This document shows, piece by piece, positions 49,879 to 60,332 of a stretch of DNA of 64,000 nucleotides. Positions within the stretch are counted from its first letter, which is position 1, and every line of letters starts with the position of its first letter. A program made the position numbers and the translations under genes. The notes under the pieces were generated by a model, which saw only the letters and a program-made list of their open reading frames with translations, had not been told where the DNA came from and made no database searches. The DNA is from Planctomycetota bacterium (GTDB taxonomy: Bacteria; Planctomycetota; PLA2; JAEUHO01), in NCBI GenBank assembly GCA_965222115.1, contig CBDCTJ010000001.1, positions 160,001 to 224,000 on the forward strand. Direction: 5' to 3'.

Positions 49879-50919
49879 ATGAAGACGTACGAAGTGGATG
49901 AACTGGCCGCATTGGCCGGTGTTGCCCAGAGTCAGATTCGCGACTGGGAGGTCCAGGGCTACTTGGGCGAAGTCGAGAAGGACGAACAGGGCTACTCCAT
50001 CTACCGCTTCCCGCAAGCAGAACGGTGCGTAGAACTTGGCGGTCGTGGCATTCCACGTCGCATTTGTGTGGTGAATCAAAAGGGCGGTGTGGGCAAAACC
50101 ACCACGGCCTTTACGCTCGCAGCCGCCTTCGCCGACCTCGGACGTCGCGTGCTGGCTATCGACCTGGATGCACAGGCCAATCTCACGACGTCGTTTGGTT
50201 TGGATCCCGACGCGCTCGACCTCACCAGCGCCGACCTCTTTACCGACGAGCGTGTGGGCCCCGAAAACGTCATCCTGGAAACGGGTATCGAAGGCGTGCA
50301 TGCCATTCCCGCCGACATCACCATGTGCAATGTGGAAGCGCGCATTCAAGACGCCATCCAACGCGAGCGCATTCTCGACTCAAAGCTTGAGATGCTCTAC
50401 GACCGCTACCACATTATCTTGTTCGACTGCCCGCCCAACTTGAGTCGCATCACCATCAATGCACTGTGTGCCAGCCAAGAAGTTGTGGTGCCCATCGAAA
50501 CGCAGTCCTATTCCATCAAAGCTATCAGCGACTTGACGAACACGTTTTCGCTGCTCAAAGAAAAGATGGGCCACGAACTCGTTACGTGGATTCTTCCAAC
50601 AAAAGTCGACCGACGCATTCGATTGGCCACCGACATTTTGGAAGCCCTCGACGAAGCCTTTCGCGGGCGCATCCTCGATCCCATTCACGTCGATTCCAAT
50701 CTCGTGCGCGCGCCGCTCGTTTGCGAACCCGTAACACGCGCGTTTCCCACGTCGCGCTCTGCACTCGAGTACGCGCGTCTCGCTCGCTTCCTCACACTGC
50801 CCGACCAAGACCGCACGCAGTGGATGGCCATGACCCTCGACGAACGCCGCCGCATCATCGAACAGGTCGAACGCGAGCGTCACGAAGACAGCGACACCGG
50901 CGTTTCTCGCACTGGATAA
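49879..50919 (+). CDS. ParA/Soj-family ATPase with N-terminal MerR-like HTH
   Basis: 'YEVDELAALAGVAQSQIRDWEVQGYL' followed by 'NQKGGVGKTT', 'DLDAQANLT', 'FDCPP'. Confidence 0.85.
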   Translation: MKTYEVDELAALAGVAQSQIRDWEVQGYLGEVEKDEQGYSIYRFPQAERCVELGGRGIPRRICVVNQKGGVGKTTTAFTLAAAFADLGRRVLAIDLDAQANLTTSFGLDPDALDLTSADLFTDERVGPENVILETGIEGVHAIPADITMCNVEARIQDAIQRERILDSKLEMLYDRYHIILFDCPPNLSRITINALCASQEVVVPIETQSYSIKAISDLTNTFSLLKEKMGHELVTWILPTKVDRRIRLATDILEALDEAFRGRILDPIHVDSNLVRAPLVCEPVTRAFPTSRSALEYARLARFLTLPDQDRTQWMAMTLDERRRIIEQVERERHEDSDTGVSRTG

Positions 50920-51033
50920 CGCGCCAGCGCACCCCGGTCGTGCGCCACAAAAGCCTGGCTTTTGTGGCGCATCGGGTGGCAGCGATCGGCGACAGAGGCC
51001 CATTCGCTCCGGCGTGCGCCAGAAATACCAGGT

Positions 51034-52131
51034 TTATTTGGCGCTTTTGAGGAGGGCGGCGAGGTGGGTGAGGACGCGGACGGGGGAAATCTTGGTGAGG
51101 CAGGGGTGGCCCGGAATGGGGCAGGTGCGAAGGAAGCAGGGGCTGCAGGGCTCGGGGTCGTAGATGAGACGACAGGGCGCGGAGACGTTGGGACTTGACA
51201 CCACAGGATCGGTGGCACCAAAGATGGCGACGAGGGGAATGCCGAGGGCCGCGGACACGTGCATGGGGCCGGTATCGTTGGATACGACAGCATCGGCGGA
51301 CGCGATGACGCCCATAAGGGCACCTACGTCGGGTGTTTTTCCGACGCCGCGCAAGAGTTTCGGACCGGCAACGCGTGCAATCTTGTGTTCGACGAGCGCG
51401 GACTCGCTGGTGCCGACGGTGAGGACCTCGCAGCCCAACTCGTGAATCGCGGCGCGTGCGAGTTCGCCAAACTGCTGTGCCGACCAGCACTTTGCCGGTC
51501 CGTAGCTGGCACCAGGTTCGAGCACAACCAGCGGCTTATCCCGGTCGCGCCCGAGGCGAATGAGGATCGCGTCTGCGGCATCGCGGTGGTCCTTCGTCGG
51601 AATCGCACGCCATGCGGGAAGCGTGACATCGCCGAACGGCTTTGCGACCGCGGCATAGTAGGCACTGCGATGAAACGAACGGAGCGGACGCCAGTTTTCA
51701 ACGCGATGCGTGAGCATGCGACGGCGTCCGGTGGCGCCTAGGCCAAGTCGTGTGGGTATGCGAGCGAGCCAGGGAGCAATTGCGGCTCGCGTAGACCGCG
51801 GAAACACCACCGCCAAATCGAACTCATACGTACGAAGCCGGTTACGGCTAGCACGGAAATCGGCAAGACGTCGATCACGTCCGCACGGGACCGTCTCGGA
51901 TACGCCGGGAAGCAATGCCGCCAAGGGAAGAAAAGGGGCGGGTGCTGATGCAACGATGTGGGCCTGTGGATGTGCCTTCGCGATGGTGTGCACGGCAGGT
52001 GCCGCCATCACGATGTCACCCAACCAATTGGGCAGTCGGAGGAGAATGCGCCGCGCGTTTGCGTCGATGGACGGAATCGCTAGCGCGCCGAGGGCTGCTT
52101 GCGCGCCAGGATCAAGAAGCCCGCCCGCCAT
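51034..52131 (-). CDS. waaF: Lipopolysaccharide heptosyltransferase II (GT9)
   Basis: 'PNWLGDIVMA', 'PGASYGPAKCW', 'NDTGPMHVSAALG', 'CSPCFLRTCP'. Confidence 0.85.
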   Translation of the reverse strand: MAGGLLDPGAQAALGALAIPSIDANARRILLRLPNWLGDIVMAAPAVHTIAKAHPQAHIVASAPAPFLPLAALLPGVSETVPCGRDRRLADFRASRNRLRTYEFDLAVVFPRSTRAAIAPWLARIPTRLGLGATGRRRMLTHRVENWRPLRSFHRSAYYAAVAKPFGDVTLPAWRAIPTKDHRDAADAILIRLGRDRDKPLVVLEPGASYGPAKCWSAQQFGELARAAIHELGCEVLTVGTSESALVEHKIARVAGPKLLRGVGKTPDVGALMGVIASADAVVSNDTGPMHVSAALGIPLVAIFGATDPVVSSPNVSAPCRLIYDPEPCSPCFLRTCPIPGHPCLTKISPVRVLTHLAALLKSAK

Positions 52132-52154
52132 GACGTGGGGATCGGTCGTTGACG

Positions 52155-52337
52155 CTATTTAAACTGCGCCGCTGTGGGCTGCGCACCGACCAAGTACGTC
52201 ACGAGATACACCACCGCAACGAGGTAGAGGAAGCCCAGAAAGCCCAAGAACCACTTGGGGGCCGGTGCGTCACCTTCAATAATCCCCGCATCTTCAAAGA
52301 CGTGTTCGCCGTGTCCCGAATCCGACGCTGAACTCAT
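52155..52337 (-). CDS. Small membrane protein resembling the FixP/CcoP N-terminal domain
   Basis: 'EHVFEDAGIIEGDAPAPKWF' + TM resembles CcoP 'H.yDGIeE.dNplPrWw'. Confidence 0.55.
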   Translation of the reverse strand: MSSASDSGHGEHVFEDAGIIEGDAPAPKWFLGFLGFLYLVAVVYLVTYLVGAQPTAAQFK

Positions 52338-52394
52338 CTGACCCTACCTCTCTGCTTGCAAGCAATCCCGTGCGCACCGCCACGTAAGTGAGCG

Positions 52395-52619
52395 TCACGA
52401 CTTGGCTTGCATGGCTTTCGCGGACTTTGCCTCCGCGCCCTCCGCTTTGGGCGTATACCAAACCTGTCGATCTTGCTCGAGCATGGCCTCCGCAACCGCA
52501 TCGGGGTCATCGAACTGACCCGTGCGAATGCTCCACGCGAATACAAGCCAGGCCGCCAACCCCATGAGGAGGCAAACGGCGAAGATCCACCAGATGACGG
52601 ATACGGCGAGCGGAATCAT
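52395..52619 (-). CDS. ccoS: cbb3 oxidase maturation protein
   Basis: TM helix followed by 'WSIRTGQFDD'. Confidence 0.8.
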   Translation of the reverse strand: MIPLAVSVIWWIFAVCLLMGLAAWLVFAWSIRTGQFDDPDAVAEAMLEQDRQVWYTPKAEGAEAKSAKAMQAKS

Positions 52620-52650
52620 GCCCGCATTCTACGTCGCGACCGGACCGAGG

Positions 52651-54768
52651 TCACGACGAGGATCGGGGCTCAGGCAGCTCTTTTGATTCGCGCGCCAATT
52701 CACTCCCGAGTTCGGCCCGCAGGCGCAATGAATTGCCGATCACGCAGAGGCTCGACACGATCATGGCCAGGGCCGCGAGCAGAGGCGGCAGCCCCATCCA
52801 CACCGCCCACACGACTGCGGCGAGGTTGTAGCCGAAGGCCCATACCAAGTTCCAGATGACGGCCCGCCGGGTCTTGCGCGCGGCACCAAAGAGCAGCGGA
52901 ATGCGCGCGAGATCGGCGCCGAGCAGACTCACATCGGCTGACTCTCGCGCCAAGTCGGTTCCGCTCCCCACAGCGATACCAAGATCGGCTGCGGCCAATG
53001 CGGGTGCGTCATTGATTCCGTCCCCCACGAACACCACGGCCCCCTCGGTTTGCCCCGTGAGACGCGCCACGACGTCCACCTTTTCAGCGGGAAGCAATCC
53101 GCCATGCGCGTGTTCATTCGGCACGTGGAGTTGCGCGGCGATCGCGTGAACAACAGTCTGAGCATCGCCCGATACCAGGTGAACCCCAACGCCCTCGCCT
53201 CGCAGTCGCTCAACAGCTGCGTGCGAACTCTGCCGCAACGGATCGCTGAGTGAGATCGTGCCTACCAATTTGTCGTTGCGCATGACCACCACATCGGACG
53301 ACGAAGCGTCGCCCGCCAACCAGGCAGAGGAACCTACGCGAACCACGTCGCCATTCTTGAACGTGGCTTCGATGCCTCGCCCTGCGTTCACATGCATCGC
53401 GTTCGGTCGCTCCAGCGTAATGTCCTCGCGCCGCGCCTCGTCTACGATGCCGCGCGCCCACGGGTGTTCACTTTCGAGTTCCGCGGAAGCGGCCCAGCGC
53501 AGCAACGATTCGCGCGACTCATTGGCAGACGGTGTCAATTCATCAACACGCGGCGCTCCCTGTGTAAGGGTACCCGTCTTGTCAAAGGCCACAACGGCAA
53601 CGCGTCGGAGCGCTGCGAGGGCTTCACCATGGCGAACAAGAATGCCGTGTTCCGCAAGTCGGCCGAGCGCGGCCGTAACGGCAAGCGGCGTTGCAATGCC
53701 AAGCGCACATGGACACGCAACCACCAACACACTTAGTGCGTGAAAACACGCGGGCTCAAAGCCCTTGCCCCCCACCACGATGTCGTAGATCGCAACGACG
53801 ATGGCAAGCAGGATCACTAGCGGCACAAAGACGGTGGCCACACGGTCCACGAGGCGTTCCATCGGACTTCGCCGCGCACGCGCCTCCACCAAGATGCGTT
53901 GCACCTCCGCCACGACGGTATCGCGCCCCACGGCCGATGCTCGAACGTCGATCGCGCCGTCAAGTGGCACGGTCATGGCACGTACGACGTCATTAAGACC
54001 CACGACGCGAGGACGCGCTTCGCCGGTGAGCGCCGCTTCCTCGACTCGCGCGCCACCGGAGACGACAACGCCATCCACCGGAATGCGCTCGCCCGGTTTG
54101 ACGCGCACGACGTCATCCACGGCAAGCTGTGATACATCGACATCGATCGTTTCGCCCGTGGGCACGACCCGCCGCGCCGACCGTTGATCGTCACTCAAGA
54201 ACCGCCGCAGACTCGCGCTTGTCTGTCGCTTGGCAGCGGCTTCAATCCAACGACCGACGGTCATGAGTGTGGCAAGTCCGGCCGCGGTATCAAAGTAAAG
54301 CGGCTCGCGCTCGCCTTTGAGCAACGTAAAACAACTCACGCCGTACGTGGCGGTGATGCCCAGTGCCACCAACACATCGGCACCCACGCGACCGGATTGC
54401 AACTGCTTGACAGCGCTCCACACATACGGCACGCCCAGCAAGAGCATGACCGGCGTACACAGAATCCACTGAGCGATGGGAGCAATGGAAGCATAGCTTT
54501 CGCGATCTATCGCTGTCGGATCGAGATACACCACCCACTGAATGAACATGACGACCATTGTGAGCAGAAAGCCGAGGCCCAGGCGCGCAAGCAATGACGC
54601 CGACTCACTGCCCCCCTCGCGCTTGACGTCGCCCGCAAGCCGAAAGGCAATCGAACACCCCACACAACAGAAGTGCGCCTCGACGTCCTTGATGGCGCGC
54701 GTCACACGACCGGCCCCCGCTGGAAGTTGGCAGTGTTCACAGAAGAGCGGTGCGCTTGCTTCGTTCAC
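52651..54768 (-). CDS. ccoI: Heavy-metal P1B-type ATPase (CcoI/FixI-like)
   Basis: N-terminal 'CEHC...FCCVGC', 'LTGEA', 'ACPCALG', 'DKTGT', 'SEHP', 'GDGINDAP'. Confidence 0.88.
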   Translation of the reverse strand: MNEASAPLFCEHCQLPAGAGRVTRAIKDVEAHFCCVGCSIAFRLAGDVKREGGSESASLLARLGLGFLLTMVVMFIQWVVYLDPTAIDRESYASIAPIAQWILCTPVMLLLGVPYVWSAVKQLQSGRVGADVLVALGITATYGVSCFTLLKGEREPLYFDTAAGLATLMTVGRWIEAAAKRQTSASLRRFLSDDQRSARRVVPTGETIDVDVSQLAVDDVVRVKPGERIPVDGVVVSGGARVEEAALTGEARPRVVGLNDVVRAMTVPLDGAIDVRASAVGRDTVVAEVQRILVEARARRSPMERLVDRVATVFVPLVILLAIVVAIYDIVVGGKGFEPACFHALSVLVVACPCALGIATPLAVTAALGRLAEHGILVRHGEALAALRRVAVVAFDKTGTLTQGAPRVDELTPSANESRESLLRWAASAELESEHPWARGIVDEARREDITLERPNAMHVNAGRGIEATFKNGDVVRVGSSAWLAGDASSSDVVVMRNDKLVGTISLSDPLRQSSHAAVERLRGEGVGVHLVSGDAQTVVHAIAAQLHVPNEHAHGGLLPAEKVDVVARLTGQTEGAVVFVGDGINDAPALAAADLGIAVGSGTDLARESADVSLLGADLARIPLLFGAARKTRRAVIWNLVWAFGYNLAAVVWAVWMGLPPLLAALAMIVSSLCVIGNSLRLRAELGSELARESKELPEPRSSS

Positions 54769-54780
54769 ACGATCATTCTG

Positions 54781-55473
54781 CTAGAGATGATGATGCCCAT
54801 GACCAAAGAGACCGTGGAGAAACTCGGGAAACGCACCGCGAATGGCCGTAACGAGGCCCAAAAGAATGATCCACACGCCCGCCACCCGAACCATACGACG
54901 ACGCAGGGCCGGTCCCATGGCGGAACCACCGAGAACCACTGCCATCAACGCGGGCATGCTGGCGAGACCGAGAATGGCCATTACAAGTATGGCGCGAAAG
55001 AGGGAACCCTGTTCAAGGGCCGCTGCGAGAAACGCATACACCAATGGACACGGTAAAAACCCGGTGAGCATGCCCATGGCTGCCGGCGCCGCGGCGCCCC
55101 GCATATTGACCACGCTCTTCACCGCGCGTCCGTACAGCGAGTCAGGGCCAAAGAGTCCCCCCACGGGAAGCTCTTTCAACACGCCCAGGAATTGAAGTCC
55201 GGCCACGATCATGAGCAGGCCAGCCAAGACGGAGAGCAGCGTTTGCACGGCCGAAAACCATGGCGCCTTCACTAGCGCTACGCCCGCGATCCCAACGATG
55301 GCACCGAGAAACACATAGGTAAGCGTCTTGCCCAAGTGAAACAGCACTTGCGTGGCAATGCGCGAGGACGCAGTGCGTTCGGATCGGTCCACGGCAAGCA
55401 CAAAACCGCCGCACATCCCAACGCAATGAAACGAGCCGAGTAGTCCGGCGGTTAAGAGCGCCCACATCGGCAA
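54781..55473 (-). CDS. DsbD_2/TauE-like membrane protein of cbb3 clusters
   Basis: 'GSFHCVGMCG' and 'GFLPCPLVY'. Confidence 0.82.
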   Translation of the reverse strand: MPMWALLTAGLLGSFHCVGMCGGFVLAVDRSERTASSRIATQVLFHLGKTLTYVFLGAIVGIAGVALVKAPWFSAVQTLLSVLAGLLMIVAGLQFLGVLKELPVGGLFGPDSLYGRAVKSVVNMRGAAAPAAMGMLTGFLPCPLVYAFLAAALEQGSLFRAILVMAILGLASMPALMAVVLGGSAMGPALRRRMVRVAGVWIILLGLVTAIRGAFPEFLHGLFGHGHHHL

Positions 55474-55492
55474 GCGCTCCTCACGATGCCTC

Positions 55493-57523
55493 TTATTCTT
55501 CTTCCATGATGTTGGGCCATTCGAGACCCGACAGGTGCATCACGTAGTAGACGAGCGCCCAGTCATCGCCGAAGACCCATTCGTCATCGACGACTTCGCT
55601 GCGGACGAGTGACTCGACGTACTCGGTGACGGTGCCGTCTTCGCCGGTTTCGGTGACCACACCCTCAAGATTCTCGTCCTTCAATGGAATGAAGAGCGAA
55701 CGGCGGGCACGCTTTGCGAGCTTGGCGATCTCGTCTTCGGATGCACCGGCCTTCTTCGCGGCTTTCAATGCATCGGCTTGATCAAATGCATTTTCAAAGT
55801 CGACGATGTTGGCCGGCATACCAGTGCCTTCCAGACCCGTCATGATGGTACGATAGAGGTCTTGGGGTGTTGCGCCCGCGCGGTAGCGCATCTCGGGCTG
55901 ATCACGATCGCTGCGAGGCGCGAAGTCGCGCGGCCGCACTATGCCGCCGTTGTCCTTTGTCGTGCCATTCCAACCGGGACCATCACCGCGGCCTGTAGCA
56001 CCGTGGCAGTTGCTGCACTTCATTGCCGAGTACATCATTTTGCCGCGTGCCAAGATCTCTTCTTCCATCTCCGGATCGAGCGGCGGTACGGGAGGCACGG
56101 CGAGTGCTGCGTCGTCGTCGTCCCACGGCTTGCCACGGTCCCCGTCGGTGGTCTCTGCGAAGTGCTTGAGGTAGTCGACAAGAATCCAGAGATTCTCGTC
56201 ACCGAGTTTTCGCCAATCGGGCATCGAGGTGCCCGGCAAACCGCGATAGAGCGTGCGATAGAGATCGCCATCCAGCGGACGGTTGCCGACGGTTGTGCTG
56301 CGGTAGCGATACTTGGCTCGCGTAAAGTCGCGCGGACGAATGCGAAGCCATTGAGCGGCCTCACCATTGCCGCGGCCCTCTGCGCCGTGACACGGAGCAC
56401 AGTTTTCCACGTAGAGCTCTTCGCCCTTACGCAGTCGCGTGTCCCACTCAGGGTTCGCCTTGCGCCACGCCTTCATGAGTACGTCGTACTCGCGAATCGT
56501 GTCGTCTCGCTCCTGCAAATCCTCTTTGGATGCCTTTTCAAGCGCCAAACCGTACATCCGTGCTTCCACAGCGCGCATGGGCATGAGCCCGTCGGCAATG
56601 GAGACGGTCCAGTCCTCTGTGTCGTCGCCTTCACCAGTCGCCTTCTCTATAAGTACGTCTTCGACACCCTTCATGGGTGGCGTGTAAGCACGCGTGGGCG
56701 TTCCTCCGGGGATGGGCCTACGCCACTTGCCAATCGCAATGCCGAGGCGCTGCAAATAGGCCACGAGGTCTTTCGCTTCCTGAGTGGGACGCGGACGGAT
56801 GTCGTAGTCGGTCAAGAGGCCGTCACCTACGTCTCGACCTGTCCACTCGTCTTTGTAGGACCCGTCTCGAACATCGTCGCCGCTCAGTGAGTGAGCCTTT
56901 GTTGGTGCAAGTACGCCGCCTGCGTCAATACGAGCGATACGAACTTCCTTGAGCACATCAAGACCACCAGGCCATACCGACTTGTCGTCAAACTTAGGGG
57001 AAACGATGCCGTCCCCGTCGGTGTCGAGGGCTCGCAACAACTTGCCGGCCTCTTCCGCGTTCCCCCAAGGCTTGAACAACCAGGTGAACGCCGGCATGAC
57101 CGACGTGCCCACCGTGTAGCGTGGGTTGTAGAGATGGGCCATCTGCCAATCGTCGTGACGGCGACCGCCTTCGCGCGCGAGGTCGGGGCCGATTCGGCGC
57201 GTCGAAAACAAATGCGGCTGATCCACCATGCTCTCGCCCGCTTGGCTCACGGGTCCCCAACGCACGTCCTCTTCATTCACAGGACGAACAAACTGGCTGT
57301 GGCAGTGCCAACAAATCTCGCGAATGTAAATCTCACGCCCACGGGCTTCCTGCTCGGTGTACTCGGGAACCGGAATCTTTTCGCCGGTCTCAAAGTGGCG
57401 CACCATGGGTATGGCGGCGTCGGTCATGATGTGAGGCGCCACAATCAGCAGGCAAAAGGCAAATGCGTAACACAGCACGCCGCCAATAATCGCGATGCCA
57501 CCAAATCGTTCGAAGAAGTTCAT
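55493..57523 (-). CDS. ccoO: cbb3 oxidase subunit II fused to two additional cytochrome c domains
   Basis: 'GREIYIREICWHCHSQFVRP', 'RIGPDLAR', 'SVMPAF'; extra CAPCH and CSNCH; EF-hand-like 'DTDGDGIVS'. Confidence 0.85.
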   Translation of the reverse strand: MNFFERFGGIAIIGGVLCYAFAFCLLIVAPHIMTDAAIPMVRHFETGEKIPVPEYTEQEARGREIYIREICWHCHSQFVRPVNEEDVRWGPVSQAGESMVDQPHLFSTRRIGPDLAREGGRRHDDWQMAHLYNPRYTVGTSVMPAFTWLFKPWGNAEEAGKLLRALDTDGDGIVSPKFDDKSVWPGGLDVLKEVRIARIDAGGVLAPTKAHSLSGDDVRDGSYKDEWTGRDVGDGLLTDYDIRPRPTQEAKDLVAYLQRLGIAIGKWRRPIPGGTPTRAYTPPMKGVEDVLIEKATGEGDDTEDWTVSIADGLMPMRAVEARMYGLALEKASKEDLQERDDTIREYDVLMKAWRKANPEWDTRLRKGEELYVENCAPCHGAEGRGNGEAAQWLRIRPRDFTRAKYRYRSTTVGNRPLDGDLYRTLYRGLPGTSMPDWRKLGDENLWILVDYLKHFAETTDGDRGKPWDDDDAALAVPPVPPLDPEMEEEILARGKMMYSAMKCSNCHGATGRGDGPGWNGTTKDNGGIVRPRDFAPRSDRDQPEMRYRAGATPQDLYRTIMTGLEGTGMPANIVDFENAFDQADALKAAKKAGASEDEIAKLAKRARRSLFIPLKDENLEGVVTETGEDGTVTEYVESLVRSEVVDDEWVFGDDWALVYYVMHLSGLEWPNIMEEE

Positions 57524-57536
57524 TGCAGGTTCCCTT

Positions 57537-58991
57537 CTACGCCGCCGTGCCAGAGTCGTCGTCGCCGATCTCTGGCATTGTGATGGATTCGTGTGAGTCG
57601 TACGGCACGCGCTTGCCGCACGCCATGGTCATGATCATGTTGTAGAAAAAGAACGCGATGCCCACATCCATCATGGAGCCACCGAGCGTTCGCATAATCC
57701 AATAGGGCCGAATCGCCGTTACGGTGTCGATCCAACGCGTGTCGTCGGTCTGGAGCAAGGCGCCCTGGGCGAGACCCGCAATTGTTAGCGCTGCGAACAT
57801 GACGCCGAAGCCGAGGATCTGCAACCACCAGTGCCACGCCATGAGTTTCTGACTCCACACGCGACGACCGGTCACGCGCGGCAATACGTAATAGATGGCC
57901 GCCATCATCCAAACGATGAACGCGCCATAGACCGCACTGTGGGCGTGCCCAACGTTGTAATCACCGAAGTGTGTTAGCGCCTGCATATCGCGGAACGCCT
58001 CGGTGGGTCCCTGAATACACGTTGCGAGGTACCACACGGTGCCCAACACCGTAAGTTTCAAGGTGTAGTTGCGACCCGCGAACTGCTTCCACTCGCCGAA
58101 CATGGTTCCGAACATGTTGAGGACGAACGCGCCGACGGGAAGCATAAGCATCCACGACGCGGTGATTGCAATCGTCTGTGCCCAGTCAGCGATCGGGCTG
58201 TAGATGTAGTGGTGAACACCATTGAGAGGATAGAAGAATGCCAATCCCCAGAAGCCGATGAGCGACAACTTGTGGCTAAACAACTTCGCCTTCGTAGTGG
58301 CCGGCATCATGTAGTAGGCAACACCCAAGCCAAGCGGCGTAATCCACAGTCCCACCACGTTGTGGAGGTAGAAGCCATGCATTGCAGCGCTAGTAACACC
58401 CTTCATTTGCGGGAGGATGAGCGAACCGAGGGGCAGATTGATCACGCTCCACACAATGCCCGCGACCCAGTACCAGAGGCTCACGTACATGCGCGAATTC
58501 TCGCGCTTGATGATGGTGTGGAGGTACACGCCCACGGTGAGCACGATGCCCACGGTGGCAACGAGGTCCACGGCCATGGGGTATTCGCCGGCCTCGACCG
58601 GCTGGATGTAACCCAAGAGGATGCAGATTTCACCCGCCAATACGGCGAGGTTGAAGAAGCCGTAGCCCCACCACGCCATGCGCGTGCTCGTGAGCGGCCG
58701 TCCGCACAGCTTGGGAATCGCGTAGTTCATAAACGCGAAACATGCCGCGGTGAAGAAGCCGAACACAACACCGTTTACGTGTGCAACACGAAGTCGACCG
58801 AACTGCAGCCAGTGAATATTGCGAAGAAACTCGGGATCATCGAGCTTCATGGCCGCGATCAGGCCGAACACGGGCGTGATCACGCCCCAAAAGAGCGCCG
58901 TCATGATCCATGCGAGCGCCAACTGGCGGTTTACAAGTGGAACTTGCCCGGGGCTACGAGGCGGCTGGACTACCGCGGCTTCCGTGCTCAT
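57537..58991 (-). CDS. ccoN: cbb3-type heme-copper oxidase subunit I
   Basis: 'FGRLRVAHVN', 'MYVSLWY', 'YLHNVVG', 'FYPLNGVHHY', 'GHAH'. Confidence 0.88.
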   Translation of the reverse strand: MSTEAAVVQPPRSPGQVPLVNRQLALAWIMTALFWGVITPVFGLIAAMKLDDPEFLRNIHWLQFGRLRVAHVNGVVFGFFTAACFAFMNYAIPKLCGRPLTSTRMAWWGYGFFNLAVLAGEICILLGYIQPVEAGEYPMAVDLVATVGIVLTVGVYLHTIIKRENSRMYVSLWYWVAGIVWSVINLPLGSLILPQMKGVTSAAMHGFYLHNVVGLWITPLGLGVAYYMMPATTKAKLFSHKLSLIGFWGLAFFYPLNGVHHYIYSPIADWAQTIAITASWMLMLPVGAFVLNMFGTMFGEWKQFAGRNYTLKLTVLGTVWYLATCIQGPTEAFRDMQALTHFGDYNVGHAHSAVYGAFIVWMMAAIYYVLPRVTGRRVWSQKLMAWHWWLQILGFGVMFAALTIAGLAQGALLQTDDTRWIDTVTAIRPYWIMRTLGGSMMDVGIAFFFYNMIMTMACGKRVPYDSHESITMPEIGDDDSGTAA

Positions 58992-59073
58992 CGCTTCCTC
59001 CCGTTTCGACCCGACCCGCGACCCTCACCGCGAGCACGCACCCTGCCCTTCTCGAGACTTTCGCGCGAACTTT

Positions 59074-60099
59074 CTATTTACCGACGGGCATCTTGAAGTC
59101 GGCCGTGGCCGTTTCGCCTGCCTTGACTTCAATCTCGCGCGTCTCCACCCAATCGTCGCCGTAGTTGTAGGACGAGATCTTGCCGCCTGTGCCCATGACC
59201 GGCACTTCAACGATGCTCTCGTGCCAAACCTCTAGGGTGTACTTGCCCGGAGGCACGTCGCTGATCGTGAACTGACCATCCGTGCCCGTGACGGCGAAGT
59301 AAGGATTGGTTACGGCATGCAAGTAGGCATTCATCCAGGGGTGAATATCGCACTTGACAATGTACTTGCCCGGCTTCTTCATCTTTGTATCGGCCGTACT
59401 CATGGGCTCAGCCCCGGCAGGCGTCGTGATGTTGCACCACGTGTTGGCAAACGAACCGAAGTAGCCGTGAATGTTGTGCTCCGTGTTGTCGGAGTTACCA
59501 AACTTCATCTTCGTTCCGGCGCGAACGACTTTTACGTGCGGGATGTACTTGCATGCCTTCTGATCGAGAACCGCGGTGGGCTTCTTTTCGGCCATGGGCC
59601 CTGTCCAGGCTTTGCCCGTCTTCACATCGAGGAGGCGCACGACGCAGTTAGCAAGCGTAAGCGTCTTGGGATCAAACACGCAGCGTTCACTTGGATGCGA
59701 TTCATGCCCACACTTGGCCGTATCGCGATCGAGCTTCACGTCTTTCACGGTGGGTGCCGATGCCAACGTAATGGTCCCGCTGATCGTTCCGCCCCCTTCA
59801 ACGGTCATGGGCTTGTACTTGGTGCCTTTGCCCTTTTTCTTACTCCGTCGCTTGGCGGGCGTTGCTGTGGCGCCCTTCTTTGACGACGAAGACGTTTTCG
59901 GTGCGTCGACCCGCGTTTCACCGACTTCAAGGTCAACACCGCCGCCTTGCTTGGGCGCTGCATCAGCCAGTTCCCAATTCACACCGTAGCGCTTAACCCC
60001 GGGGCCATTCAAGTCCACCTCGTCGCTGTCACACCCACCGAGTGGAAGGAGCGAGAGGACGGCCAAACCCGCAAACACGCGCGTGAGATTTCGATGCAT
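59074..60099 (-). CDS. Lipoprotein with cupredoxin-like and carboxypeptidase-regulatory-like domains
   Basis: Lipobox 'LGGC'; 'NSDNTEHNIH' and 'KCDIHPWM' (His/Cys/His/Met); 'GQFTISDVPPGKYTLEVWHE'. Confidence 0.7.
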   Translation of the reverse strand: MHRNLTRVFAGLAVLSLLPLGGCDSDEVDLNGPGVKRYGVNWELADAAPKQGGGVDLEVGETRVDAPKTSSSSKKGATATPAKRRSKKKGKGTKYKPMTVEGGGTISGTITLASAPTVKDVKLDRDTAKCGHESHPSERCVFDPKTLTLANCVVRLLDVKTGKAWTGPMAEKKPTAVLDQKACKYIPHVKVVRAGTKMKFGNSDNTEHNIHGYFGSFANTWCNITTPAGAEPMSTADTKMKKPGKYIVKCDIHPWMNAYLHAVTNPYFAVTGTDGQFTISDVPPGKYTLEVWHESIVEVPVMGTGGKISSYNYGDDWVETREIEVKAGETATADFKMPVGK

Positions 60100-60332
60100 G
60101 GTGATTGAACTCCGTGGTTGGGATGCGCCGATCTCGAATTGGAGCGCGACGCATCAAGTCAATCTTAGTTACCAAGCACGCTCGGTCCCCGGAATGTCGG
60201 CCACGGAATGCAGAAAAATCCAGCGATCGGTAGTCGCCCGACGAGTAGTCTACCGTGAGAACTTGCGAATGAATTTCAACGCGAGGGCTGCGCCTACGTC
60301 CAGGCGTCACACCGACCGAGTTTCAGACGACG

